DNA of 59,088 nucleotides from Phoronis australis (taxonomy: Eukaryota > Animalia > Phoronida): NCBI GenBank assembly GCA_002633005.1, contig NMRA01000138.1, forward strand, positions 531,970-591,057. The letters are read 5' to 3'. Shown in pieces: positions 26,701 to 38,380 of the stretch. The notes under the pieces were generated by a model that saw only the letters and a program-made list of their open reading frames with translations, did no database searches and was not told the DNA's origin. The position numbers and the translations under genes were made by a program. How positions within the stretch are numbered: position 1 is the stretch's first letter; each line of letters begins with the position of its first letter.

Positions 26701-29700
26701 ATTTCTGTCACCACTGCCAACCATGCCTCCAAGACAACATCACACTCTGCTGAACAACCGTCGACTATACTGTTTCAAACTGCCCCGCCTGTTCCTAAAG
26801 AGATTGATACCACTGATGGGAATAGCAACAAGACTTCACCACCTATCATTGAGAGAATCACTGTTACCAAGAAAATTGTACCTCCCAAAGACAAGCCCGC
26901 ATCACGGGTGGACTGGTCACCTGCAATGCGAGTGGAGCGGTCCCTTGCAGCACGACTGCAGCCGCCTCCCGAGTCACAAAGGGACCGACTGCATGTGAAA
27001 CAGCTGGACCGACGCTCTGCAGTAAGCTTAATACTCAGTTATGTTTGGGGAATTCACTTTTAGAAAAAATACAAACATGTCGAGATTGTGCGTCCAAATC
27101 TTCTTTTCAATTAATCACAGAAACGGTCATTTTTACTTCAAAGGAATAAAAAACTAGTACCACTATACAGCAACATTTCAATCATTTATCTTGTGAGGTG
27201 GACCAAACTCAGAGCTTTTCAGGTTATGGATCGAGATTTCCAAGCATGGTGCGAAATTGTTCAATGGTGCAGCCTTGTGTTTGAATGCATGTCGGTAGAG
27301 CACTGGTTATGTACCATTTGGTGGACACGCTCCATCTTGACAAGATCATTCCTTTTCCATTTGTCTGGGGCATTGCCTGTGTCGTTACATACGCTAACCT
27401 TGAAAAAGTGGATTGCTCACTCATGCATTGTTTTTTTCTGCACCTCTGCAAATTAGATGTAGTAAGTCCAGTAGTCTAGATTTTTATTTTTTTTTGCATC
27501 TATTCACGTGGATGAATAATAATACCTGTTATCTAGTAATGATACATTCACCCAATGATAGTTAAGTATACCTTCAGGGCTTCCTGTTTATAGCACTGTA
27601 CTCTCATAAGGGTTATTTCAAATGAATAATTGGTATTTTAACACCAGTGAATCTGTTGGTATTGATAATCAAAACGTTTGGATAGCTGAAAAATAAAGAG
27701 AGTATAATGGTCGGTTGCAAAAAATGTGTAAAGATTCGCATGTTAAGGGCCCGTGTTAAATTTTGTAAGATCCACTGACTTGATAAACTGTGAGCTTGCT
27801 TTATCTGGGTAGCTTGCCAATGTTGATCTTGTATGATGTCACTTCTTGTCATTTCTCTAGCCGTCCACTAGAGGTAACACTGTTTCCAGGAAGAGGAAGG
27901 CTGTTGGCTCCATGCTGGGTGCTGTCATCCACCATTCGGATGATGAGGAAGATGAGGGGTATGACCCTCACTTCCCTTCAGTTGGAAATGTAGCCAGTGT
28001 TGTCAAGGTTACCGAGAGAAAGTAAGTTGGTGTGTGATCATTGTATACAGTGGACATGTAATGATATGAATTATGGTGTGTGATCATTGTATACAGTGGA
28101 CATGTAATGATATGAATTATGGTGTGTGATCATTGTATACAGTGGACATGTAATGATATGAATTATGGTGTGTGATCATTGTATACAGTGGACATGTAAT
28201 GATATGAATTATGGTGTTAGATTGTTCTACGTATTTGTAGGCAAAGAACACACAAGGTGATTATCCCGAAATAAGCCCCAAACTTTTGCTAATATTTTTA
28301 CTGTAGAGGCAGGAACTTCAAATTTTGCTGACTGAAAGTTTTATTTATTGATGAATGTAGATATCAGAATTTTTTTCAATGCTAGTGTTTTCGGCAGCGT
28401 CTCAGTGGTTTGCGAGACGATCTTTGAATTTAGTTGAATGAAGCAAGAGGAGGTATGAAATAACAACATGTGTCAAGATGGCCGAGTTGAGCTGACAAGA
28501 TACTTACTACTCTGAATTCAAGCACTCTTACTGTAGGTGCTGGAAATGTCTCCCATCAGCATCTGGGCACAACTCGATGTGCCTTTCCAAATCGAAAAAC
28601 ACGTTGCTCTGTGGAATACATCAATCTAGCATGAAATTGACACACTACTGAAAAGAAATGGTGATAACCAGCGCTGAGCAATCTTTCTGCAGGACCTGCT
28701 ATAGCATTTGTTCACAATAGAATTGTGTGCTGGTTTATATAAAATTTTGGGTCCCTAACTCAAATAGAAAAAATATATTAGCAAAATCTTGGGTCTTGTT
28801 TCTGGGGAATCACCTTGCTGTCCAAGGAAAATGATCATTGTGCAATTTATAATTAAGCTATGAATTTTTGTCTCCTCCTTATTAAATTTCACAGGTAACT
28901 GCAGTTTATTTTTAATCAATGAATGTAGATGTAAGAATTTATAGTGTTATATGTGTTTCAAGAACTAAATGGTCATGTGCATGAATTCCAGTTTTCAAAG
29001 AACTGCTATTACTACTTAGTTGATGCCCATGTTTGGTTTAATGCCCATCATGTATTTTTTGAAAATTTTAAGCAACCATGATTTGTTGTTTGTAAATTTA
29101 GGCACTGGCATTTACCTGAACTGGTACTGTGCATCATAGAGGCTTTACCTCATGAACTACAAAGTAGTATATATTTCCAATGTGGGTTCCTGAGAGCCGA
29201 GGGAAAACAATGCTGCCCAAGGTTGATGCTTCTTACCTCTGATTTCATTGACTGTTGGATTAGCGTGTCTTTTCATGTTTTGATGTACTACCATTATATA
29301 CTCGTTTGTCTGCATGATCAGGAGATTATGTTTTTTTGCAATCTGTAATTGGTAAGAATAGCAACATCTGACCACCAAGTGGTTTGAATGAAAACCAATA
29401 ATCCATGGTAAGCCAGACAACATCATCTTATAGTCGTGGAAGTTATCACTGTTTTTGCCATCAGAGGGCAGAAGTGTTGGTGATGACATTATAATACTTG
29501 GAATGTAATACTTTTAGGTCCAGCATACCTAAATCACTACAAGCAAATACCTCTCTGTTGCTGCGAGCCATGAAGGATGCTCAGAAATCAATAGCTGCTA
29601 AAACCAAACAAGGTGAGCCTCAGGTTACATTGCTCTTAGCCAGTGTCCTCATCAAAACACTGTCTTATGCTTAATTCATTAGATACACCCACCTCTCAAC

Positions 29701-32700
29701 TATAGCTGCTACAATACATTGGTCATTTGCAGATTTTAACCTTCAAAGTAAGGGAAGGATATTAAGTTGTTGAACCTTATCAGTTATTTCTGTCAAGGTA
29801 ATATTGTAAAATACTTGTTTTTGAAATCATTCACATGAAAGAGTTAGAATATATGCTCTCAACTCGAGTTCTGTGTCATCATTGTCAGACAACGAGCAAG
29901 CATTCCTGAGCTACAGCACCTAAGGGGTGTTACTACGAAGATTTTATTTTCAGAGTATTGCCCCTCGATGTAAAGATGCGAAACATGAAGTATTGTGTTC
30001 TTAATTTAAAGGGCTTGGAAAGCTGTAACCTTGAAATAATATGGTTAATATGTTTTTTTTACGAACTCCAAAAATGATGGATCACGGCTGACACTACAAC
30101 TGATTCTAGCTTTGTGATTGCCATTTTCATGCATTGATGTTGTTAAAATCTGTATTTGTGATCAACCTACTGTATTTCTTACAAGTTATACAAAATGAAA
30201 CATTTTTTAATGGGAAAATGTGAATATTTTAAGAAATGATAATCAAAAATGATAACTGGGTACAATTCGAGCTACTCTTTAAACATTTTCCTGCTTGAAA
30301 ACACCTGCAGTCGTAACACGCACAGCATTGTTTTTGGATTTTCGTAACTTTTTTTATTGTTTTGTGTAACAATGCCCCCTAGAGCTAGAACTCAAAATTC
30401 TATTTCTGTGAGATCATTTGACATTGTACTTTACCAGGCCATCAGTAATTCACACAATTCCCAAGTTCATTCAGTTTTACCATGCTTAAGTGCAAAAGTT
30501 GACAAACTGGGGTTAAGGCTTGAGTGGCCACTAGATAACGAACAACAAGGAGTTGGATGTTTGTTTGGCCAAAGTTCATCTGCTAAGTAGCAATAGTCAG
30601 TTGTGGATAAGCATAATCCAAATCTGTTGTCTAAGCTAGGCGACTAGTTTGCCAACTCAAGTGCGGACCGAAGAGGCAATTCTGCTGACGACTCCTAGCA
30701 GACTGTTGTTGGTCTGCTGCTAATTGCTTAGATGTCCCGTCATGAATTGCTTCCCAACCAGTCAGACAATATTTAGTGATGTGTGCTGTATGTGTCTGAC
30801 GGGCGAGTTATCTTTACAAAGATGTTGGATGATGGTGAACATTAGTGTGTATTGTGTATTGTGTGTTTGTATTGCCTAATGCATTCTGGGATTGACCAGA
30901 AAGTTCATTTAAGATTGATGTTACCTTTGAACTAACTACATGAATGTTCACTGCAATCTAAACAATAAATCTTCAGTTCTCTCATTAGCTTGGTGTTGAT
31001 AGATCTCATTCACTGGACACAAAAACATTGAATAGTTGGCTAGTAGCACAGGCTTTAAACCTTTAGAATTCTGTATCATTCATGGGATTTCTGGTATCTG
31101 CTATCCATCATTGTTGTAATTTACTGTTCAACAAATTGGTTGTTTTTCTTTCATTTTTCAGTTGCCACAGTCTCTCTTCCGCAAGAGCCAGTCCCTAAAG
31201 TCAAGCGACTTATGTCACGCTCACGTCGCCAAGAAATGATTCGAAAGCTGGCTCAGACGGTACAAGAGGAGTATGACCCAGATGATAATTATCAGCTCAG
31301 TACAGCAGATGAAGGTAAGTAGGACATTGGTGGAGTGTTTGGTGGTAACTAGTACTTCGACTGGGGTGATGGCAAAACCAATTTTCTTTCTGTGCAGCAT
31401 TGAGGAAGGGCATTTTATCCCAACACCAAGCACCCTCTTGCTGATGGTGCCAAGTCACAAAACACTCTTGAAACATGTTTTTACTTAATATCCTCCCATT
31501 GTCTTTTATCTTTGACCAAAATGTTGGGAAAAGTTTTGCTTGGTAAATTGTTAGAAACTGTATACCTCCCTGCTGAAAAAAGCTTTCTGTTGTTTTTAAG
31601 TGGTGGACCATACCAAAAGGTTATCAATTACATTTAAAGGTGTCAGGGTTCATATTTTGAGTGCCTTTGCACTAGCCCTAAAGGTATTTCTTATTGTCTC
31701 CAGATGTGTTGAATCTAATGTCATCATCAGAGGATAGCCGTCAGTTTGTGACATCACCCACGAGAACCAGTGATCTGGAGAGTGACTATGAGCCGGAACT
31801 GCAGTGTCTTTCAGAGGAAGATGAGGGTACGGGGCAGGGTGAGGGGTTGGGGGAGGACCCAGTGCAACAACCAAGGAGGATCATCAAGGACAGGTATCAT
31901 GAGTTTAGTTTTTGATATTATCTTGAGGGAATTTTAAAATGTTTAAAGAAAATCAGTCTTCATTGTTTTTGTCTGAATTGAGCCTATAAGTTTGTTGTGA
32001 CATTGTTACATACTTGTCAGCATAACTTAATATGTATACGAAGACAATGGAAAAAATGCTCCAAGAAGGTGGTTTGTGTCATGTCAATGATTATTGCAAA
32101 ACAGATTTCAATTCAAAATTTGAGCCTCCAAGATAATGGTTTAACTTGTGTCTACACCAGCTGGAATTGTTGCACTTTGTGTTTTAGTAAACCTAAACAG
32201 AAAGATAAACCACTTCTCAGTCCACGGTTTATAGTCACGCTGGATGGAATTGATCCCAAAACAATGGGTTCTGTCAGTAGTCATGAGGAAACCATGGCCA
32301 GTGATGGTGGCGACCTGTCTTCTGCGGGAAGCGATGTTGAGATGGAAGAAAGTGACTTGGTACCCATCAAGAAGGCGTCAAGGCTGAAGGAGAAGTGCAA
32401 GTTCTACCCAAACTGCAAGAATGGACCCATCTGTCCCTATCACCACCCCACAGTGCCATGCAAGTGAGTGCTGGGAAAGGGTTGACAGATTGATTGGGCT
32501 GTAACACAGTCACTAGGGCTTGACGCTGGGAAAGATTGGTGATATTCATGTTACATGCTAACAAAAGTACAAGGTTTCTGTTGTTCACTTGATCTTGATG
32601 AACACGCCATTGCTCACAAATCAAACATACTGCCGCTGGAAGGGTTGGAGCTTTTGGGCTCCGTACACTGTAATACTGCCCCTGGAAGGGGTGGAGCTTT

Positions 32701-35700
32701 TGGGCTCTGTACACTGTATCTCTGTAGTGTATAGTAGGATAGAAATGTTATCTTATTCAAAAGAACGTAAAATCATTTTCAATGACATCTTGTGTCATAT
32801 TTTGACTCAATAGATAGTGGTTCTAAAACTTAGGAGAAAGGCTAAGAGCTCTCCTAGTGTTAATTCTGTGAATAAATGCAAGACTATGTCTGTGTTGGTT
32901 CATCAAGCCAGTTTGGAGGGCCAAGAGGCCTTGACCACTGTCATAACATGAGAAATCTTGTATGAAACCTCTGATAAGTTACAAACATTTTTTGCACTCA
33001 TAAGTGACTTTTCCTTTACCCAAAATATGTTTATCTGGGATGCACCCACCCTCCACTGCTTTAGGGCACAGTAGAAATTCTTCACATTTCTCAATATGAA
33101 ATCATACGACTTCGAATTGTGAATACAGACCATTTCTAAATCGGTGCAATGATATGTTGTGTTTTTCAGAACGTTTCCAAAGTGTAAATTTGGCGACAAG
33201 TGTTTATACATCCATCCACTTTGCAAGTTTGACAAGGTTTGCTCCAAGCCCAACTGTCCGTTTGACCACACACAGAAGAAGCCGAGCAGTGTTCATCCTA
33301 CAATGATCCCTAATGGTCAGTGGTCTTAATCTTCTAAAAGAGGACACACTCTTGAAATTATTTACAATTAGTATATTGTAATCACCAACTAGCGTATGCT
33401 TTGGCTAGACAGTTGGCTGGCTGATCTAGCTCAACTTATCACCTGGTTAAATATCTATCAGACACGTATTCATTGCTAATGCATAAGTTTAGCTACCACA
33501 AAATGTCTGGTGGGCATGTCTTACTGGTGTGCATGTCTTAGGGAAATGCCGAAAATGATGCCTTAATATTCGCTTGCTTTAACCAATTTCAGTTTCCACC
33601 TTGCACCAGTTTTGCAGTCGTGCAGCCAGTTGCGTCATGTTGCGCTGATTAAGTGCAACTTGCCCTATGTCCAAAGGTTCCGTAAATTTGCCACGCAATT
33701 GCAAGTTAATCTAGGTTAGGGACTGATGACACACCAGATGGTGAGTCAGGTTGATCTAGCGCAAGTGCCTGTCTGCACAGCTTAAGTCTGCCTTGTATAG
33801 GGTTGTATTCCATAACAAAGTTTATGATGAAAAAAAAGAGACCACACAATTATTTGCAAGAAATTGCCATGTAATGCAACCCATGCATGTGGATTTTCTC
33901 GCAATTGTCTTTGGTGTTCGTAACGCAGCCCAGCTCTAGTCTCACGTTTATAAAGAAATGTAATTTGATTTTCCATGAAGTTTTGGTAAACACAAGTCAA
34001 GTATGCTGCAGGTGAGAGCTTTGTGTTAAGCAAACAGCCATACCAGGCGGCTAACTCATCACTTCTCATTTTGCACAAAGCTACAAGATTTGTGCTTCGT
34101 GAATTTGTTTGTAAAATATCCAACAGGTTTGATATTGTAAGGCCAAAAATAATTTGTGTGGGGGTTTGAGCTGCATGCAGAACATATCTCTTTCGTAAAC
34201 CAATGAAAGTATGAAAGATAATTTGTGATATTTTGCAGGCACTCAAAAATCCCCCATTGTAGCCACATTCTTACTCATGACCTTAAATCCACAAAGATCA
34301 TGCGGGGAGGCACACGTCTGTTCAGTGCAGTTGTTTTCTAGTTAGCAGACATGTAAAGCAGGGACATAACCATAACAAAATCATGTCATGATAGACCGTC
34401 CCAAGTAGCCAGTGCACTCGGGACACTTGAATTACTTAATAGTAGATCACAAGACTTTGTTCCATGATGACAGATAACATTCAATTGTATGCCTGTTAAC
34501 AATAAGCTAAATACTGTTAAGATAAAGGTTGCTTAGCGAGTTTGATGGACCAGAATATTCAAATTGGTGATAAATACATGTCTAACTTATAGTTTCTAAA
34601 ATTTCATCACTGCTGTTTTGCATTAGCACTTCAGACCTCAAGCCACTGAACTGTTGTGTCCTCCACACTAGGTAGTTTAGTCATCATCACAAATAATAGC
34701 CGTTGGCTGTAGGATGCTTGAATTTATTGCCAATTCCATATAATTAAACCTATTTCACTTGACTGGCGAGTTAGTGGTTACAAAATGTTCTTGCCATCTT
34801 CGATTCATTCGTTTATTTGTTGAGATACTCAAGCTGGTAAAAGTCTTGGTTTATTGGAAAATTTACTTTTTTGTGTGCCTGCCACAGAAAGGTTTACTGT
34901 TCACTGTTTACTCATTTGAAAATTCAGACATTCCAACTTGTGTTATGCATACACTTTATACCGTACTCCTGTGTTTCTTTTAGCATATATTCTCACCAAA
35001 CCCAAGTTTGTGTCAGTAATGCCTGTCACGTCTTCATCACGACCAGTTGCCAGCAGCAGCCGGGAAATCAACTGTAGATTTTACCCAAATTGTACAAATA
35101 TGAACTGCCCATACAAACATCCTATGGTACGTATACAATTTTATGTCAGTATTTTACGCAGCATTTTGCAAAGGGTGCATGAGAAGTTACACTCAAGTGC
35201 TTAGGTAGCATTAAAGCTGATTGTGTTCCAGTACTTTCTGGTCTCAGTCATTCAAAATCCAGGGGGGGTAATGAGTATAGTTTTATTACATGTTCTCAGT
35301 CGTTATCCCCCGTATTCTAGAGCCCAAGTGGATTTTGGAGAATTATCGCCTAAGGGGCATCAGAACATGTAATAATCTACTTATACCACATACTGAACGA
35401 GAAACATTGCAATGAATCGATCTACCTTTCTCAACTCGCCTCGGCTTTGTAACTACTTTCTATGTTAGAGGCCCGGGATTGGAGTTCGCAACCTTTTAGA
35501 AAAGCCGAGCTATTTTTGTCAAATAATGCTTTTACTCAAAACCAATTGAAAATTTAAACAAAATGGAGAGAAAGTAAATCTATAAATTAAGGTTTAGCAA
35601 CTATTATAGCTTACTACACATTTTATCACGCTAAGCTTCGACCGAGAAAATATCGTCTGCTAAAGTAGGTTACCACTGGTAACTGAGTATAATGCTTCAG

Positions 35701-36138
35701 TCGAAGTATCCCGACGACATGATACCCACATTCAATTTGGAGATCGGTGATTTACAAGTGAGAGAAAATGAGAGGTAAATTTCATTGAATTAAAATATCG
35801 TTTTTATGGAAATTATGCGTCTTATTTTTCATAGCGTATAAATGTCGGTACAATCTCCTTTGTTGAACATTCGATTGTTTCACAAGAGACTTTCATTAAC
35901 ATTTTATGGTGTCTACAGTGACTGAATGAAACAGTAAGTGGTCTGGAGGGAAGTTTTTCGTTAACATTATGTAGCATCTGCAATGACATCCATTTCCGTT
36001 AACAATAACTTGTATTCGTTGCAGCCTTGCAAGTTTGGTTTTAAGTGCAAGAATGTTGGTAGCTGTACATTCTACCATCCACCACTGCCTAAAGCCAGTC
36101 AGTTAAAGTGGAGAAAGGACAGTGTTACTGCTCTCTAG
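20790..36138 (+). CDS. ZC3H14: Zinc finger CCCH domain-containing protein 14 (Nab2 homolog, nuclear poly(A)-binding), ~662 aa
   Basis: 14 exons: 20790-20825 (MEIGTEISQKIR), 22288-22330, 22894-23008 (DELPDYIMVMVANKK), 25313-25353, 25724-25840, 26663-27021, 27861-28021, 29518-29612 (QANTSLLLRAMKDAQ), 31162-31314, 31704-31893, 32188-32463 (SPRFIVTLDG), 33170-33315, 34984-35126, 36025-36138. Total 1989 nt, in frame. N-terminal PWI-like domain and five C-terminal CCCH fingers. The middle, low-complexity exons are less certain. Confidence 0.95.
21659..22106 (-). mobile_element. Two diverged tRNA-like repeat copies (21659-21797, 21970-22106)
   Basis: On minus, B-box-like gattcgagtcc / ggttcgagtacc and A-box-like ttggc; the two copies align to each other over ~135 bp. 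Confidence 0.5.
22591..22671. repeat. 17-bp tandem repeat, ~4.7 copies
   Basis: Unit tgtcacagtgtttggct. Confidence 0.92.
23340..24370 (+). mobile_element. Helentron/DINE-like element, same family as 6786-8110 (3'-truncated)
   Basis: ttttatgcacccacatttttatgtggatgcat 5' hairpin; shared blocks such as gtgaactttcgga, tttacctctgtatcttcaaagg and tgtatctcctaaacc. Confidence 0.75.
24433..24827. mobile_element. MITE
   Basis: ttgcattaaatagtcccaaatagg ... cctatttgggactatttcatgcaa inverted arms. Confidence 0.65.
25891..26448. mobile_element. Non-autonomous DNA transposon, Kolobok-like
   Basis: TTAA|ggtaggtggatacac ... gtgtatacacctacc|TTAA (15-bp TIR, 1 mismatch). Confidence 0.8.
28028..28217. repeat. 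46-bp minisatellite, ~4.1 copies
   Basis: Unit tggtgtgtgatcattgtatacagtggacatgtaatgatatgaatta, beginning 7 nt into the intron after the donor at 28021. Confidence 0.96.
28253..28817. mobile_element. MITE with ~45-bp imperfect TIRs (Tc1/mariner-like)
   Basis: caaggtgattatcccgaaataagccccaaacttttgctaatat ... atattagcaaaatcttgggtcttgtttctggggaatcaccttg. Confidence 0.65.
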
Positions 36139-36685
36139 TCTTCAGTCTCACACCTTGTCTCTCATCACACACCTACGTGTCAGTTATTCTTCATATTCTA
36201 CACCTTTCATAAGAAGCATAGCTTTAGCCTAGCCAACAATTATGACAATGGGTCTGGTCCATTGTTTGTTTGTTATTATGATAGCTATGTCTGGAAGTCT
36301 TTTGTGGGTGCTTCACTACATGATTAACTTCATTTTACCAGAGTGAGGCGCCAATGCATTTATGAGTGGAATCCAAAAAGGCATTCACCTTGGCTTGTCA
36401 AAGTTTTAAGTCAGTATTGCAACTCATTATAAACTTTATTGACACAAGTCTCCCATTTTTCACACAATATGGTGAGACTTTTTATTGTTAATTTCTCCAT
36501 AAATGAATGTTAAGATTTTAGGATATTGTTAGCTAAGCTTGTACTGTGTACATTTAGCCGTGTCCAATTTTTGTAACTTTCCTTTCAAAGTAGCAATTTT
36601 TTATGTGAAGAATTACTATGAATACCACAGAATTGTGGTATTTCAGAATGTGTTTACTGATAACTTTAAGTAACTTTTGATTGTA

Positions 36686-36869
36686 CATGGTGACCAAAGA
36701 AGCTACAAAGCTTTAAATAAATGCCTCATAAATCCTTTTTGTATTTAGTACTCCAAGATCTTTCCACAAACTTTGAGCATGTCACTCCGTTTTCATAAAT
36801 TAAATGTTTTCCAAGACTTACAAGTCCAAAATTTTATATAAAATGTGTTGGATGTTTTTGGTCACCCTG
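36686..36869. mobile_element. Tc1/mariner-type MITE in the ZC3H14 3' region
   Basis: TA|catggtgaccaaa ... tttggtcaccctg|TA. Confidence 0.65.
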
Positions 36870-37194
36870 TACAGCGCAGTCACCCAGTAGATTTCCATGT
36901 GTGGGAACAATACACGGTCAGTTAATTGGATATTGAATCATTGCATTACCCGTTTTGCTATGGCTGGTTGTATCCTGTCCTGTTTTATAAGTTTTCTTTT
37001 CTATTTTTTGTTCTGCCAATTGCAGAATGTGGTCTTTACCAGAATATCAGTATGTCTTTGTGAACATCTTAAATTTCAGTTTGTTTCTTTAATGATTATC
37101 AATCTTGTCAGTATTTTTATTGCAACTTGAGCTATAGATCTTAAGTGTTTGAGAACACTGTATGTAATATTTCCATTTTCTTAGTTGGTTCTGG

Positions 37195-37521
37195 GGGCCC
37201 ATTCGAAGGAAACTGACTTTGCTAAGGCAAATTTAAATTTCACTCAATTTTATGATAAAACATATTTTTTTCTCAAGAATGTTTCAAGAAGGAGATCTTA
37301 AGTTTAACTTAAAGTTTTTGACTAAGTTTTATCATCATTTTGACTGCCGTACCAGATGTGGTAGTTTCAAAGTTGGAAGTTGAGACAAATCTCAAAACTT
37401 AAGTCTTATGAGCTTAGGTCAGTTGATTGGAATGGGCCTTTAAGTCTTGAGAGCTTAGGTCAGTTGATTGGAATGGGCCTTAAAGTCTTATGAACTTAGG
37501 TCAGTTGATTGGAATGGGCCT
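37195..37521. mobile_element. Harbinger-like MITE with a triplicated 41-bp right end
   Basis: gggcccattc left end; ttaagtcttatgagcttaggtcagttgattggaatgggcct x3 at 37399-37521. Confidence 0.5.
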
Positions 37522-38380
37522 CTGGTTTGTTTTTTATTTGAAGATTTAGTCAGTGGTGCGGTATTTTTAGGTCCTCTCTCTTTTTCAAAAAAAGATAGAA
37601 AATTCACTGAAGATGAGCAGAAATGATGCACGATTTTTTTAACTCATGGCGTAAACCTTGCCTACATGCATTTGTACATCTGGTGACAGTCACCCTCATC
37701 GCTACCTTGCACGTTCAACATTTATATGATTATAGCGTGATCCCATTTTTAACACAAATTACTTGAAACATTAAATGAATGCTAGTCTTAATGAAATGAG
37801 CAAAAACCTGTTTGTTAACACTTCAACATGTTGTGCAATGGCAAATAAACTGCCAGTAACCTTTTGGTTGGATTAGCATTGCACACTGTGAAACCCAATA
37901 ACCTGTATATTGAGTGTTGTGTAAGTCGTGTGAGGGAAACAATAGCAACACTGTCTAGAGACGGACAAGAAAACCTTGTTGATCATCCATTGTTATTTTT
38001 TATACTCATAAGTTCTGTGGTAAGAATAAAACTGATTCACCCACGGTTATGTCTCCTTTAAGTATCGCTCACGCCACCTTGAGGTCTGTGATGAAATTGA
38101 TGACATATCTGAGTGAAGACTTATGCTTAAGTATACGCATGTAATCTGTATTGATGGAAAGGTGGTGCCTTACGAAGACTTCCGAGTTAAACAATGTAGT
38201 GTGTACTTAAATCTGGTTAATTATGGAATCATGACTGCCAAATGTATCTTCAGTTGCAATACATGTGAAGTCCTGGTGAACATCTTCCCAACTCTGCTAG
38301 GTCATCAGAATTTACTTAAACTGTATCAGCTTTCAAGAACCATTCTTTTTTCTTCAATTAAAGTCCATGTTCAAACATGG

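Noticed and set aside
31894-31903. ZC3H14 donor GTATCATGAG as a second U12 intron
   Set aside because: It deviates from GTATCCTT, and there is no U12 branch sequence before the acceptor at 32187.
37606-37635. Second hammerhead-like CTGAAGA...GAAA
   Set aside because: No convincing stem I or stem III and no properly placed NUH cleavage site.
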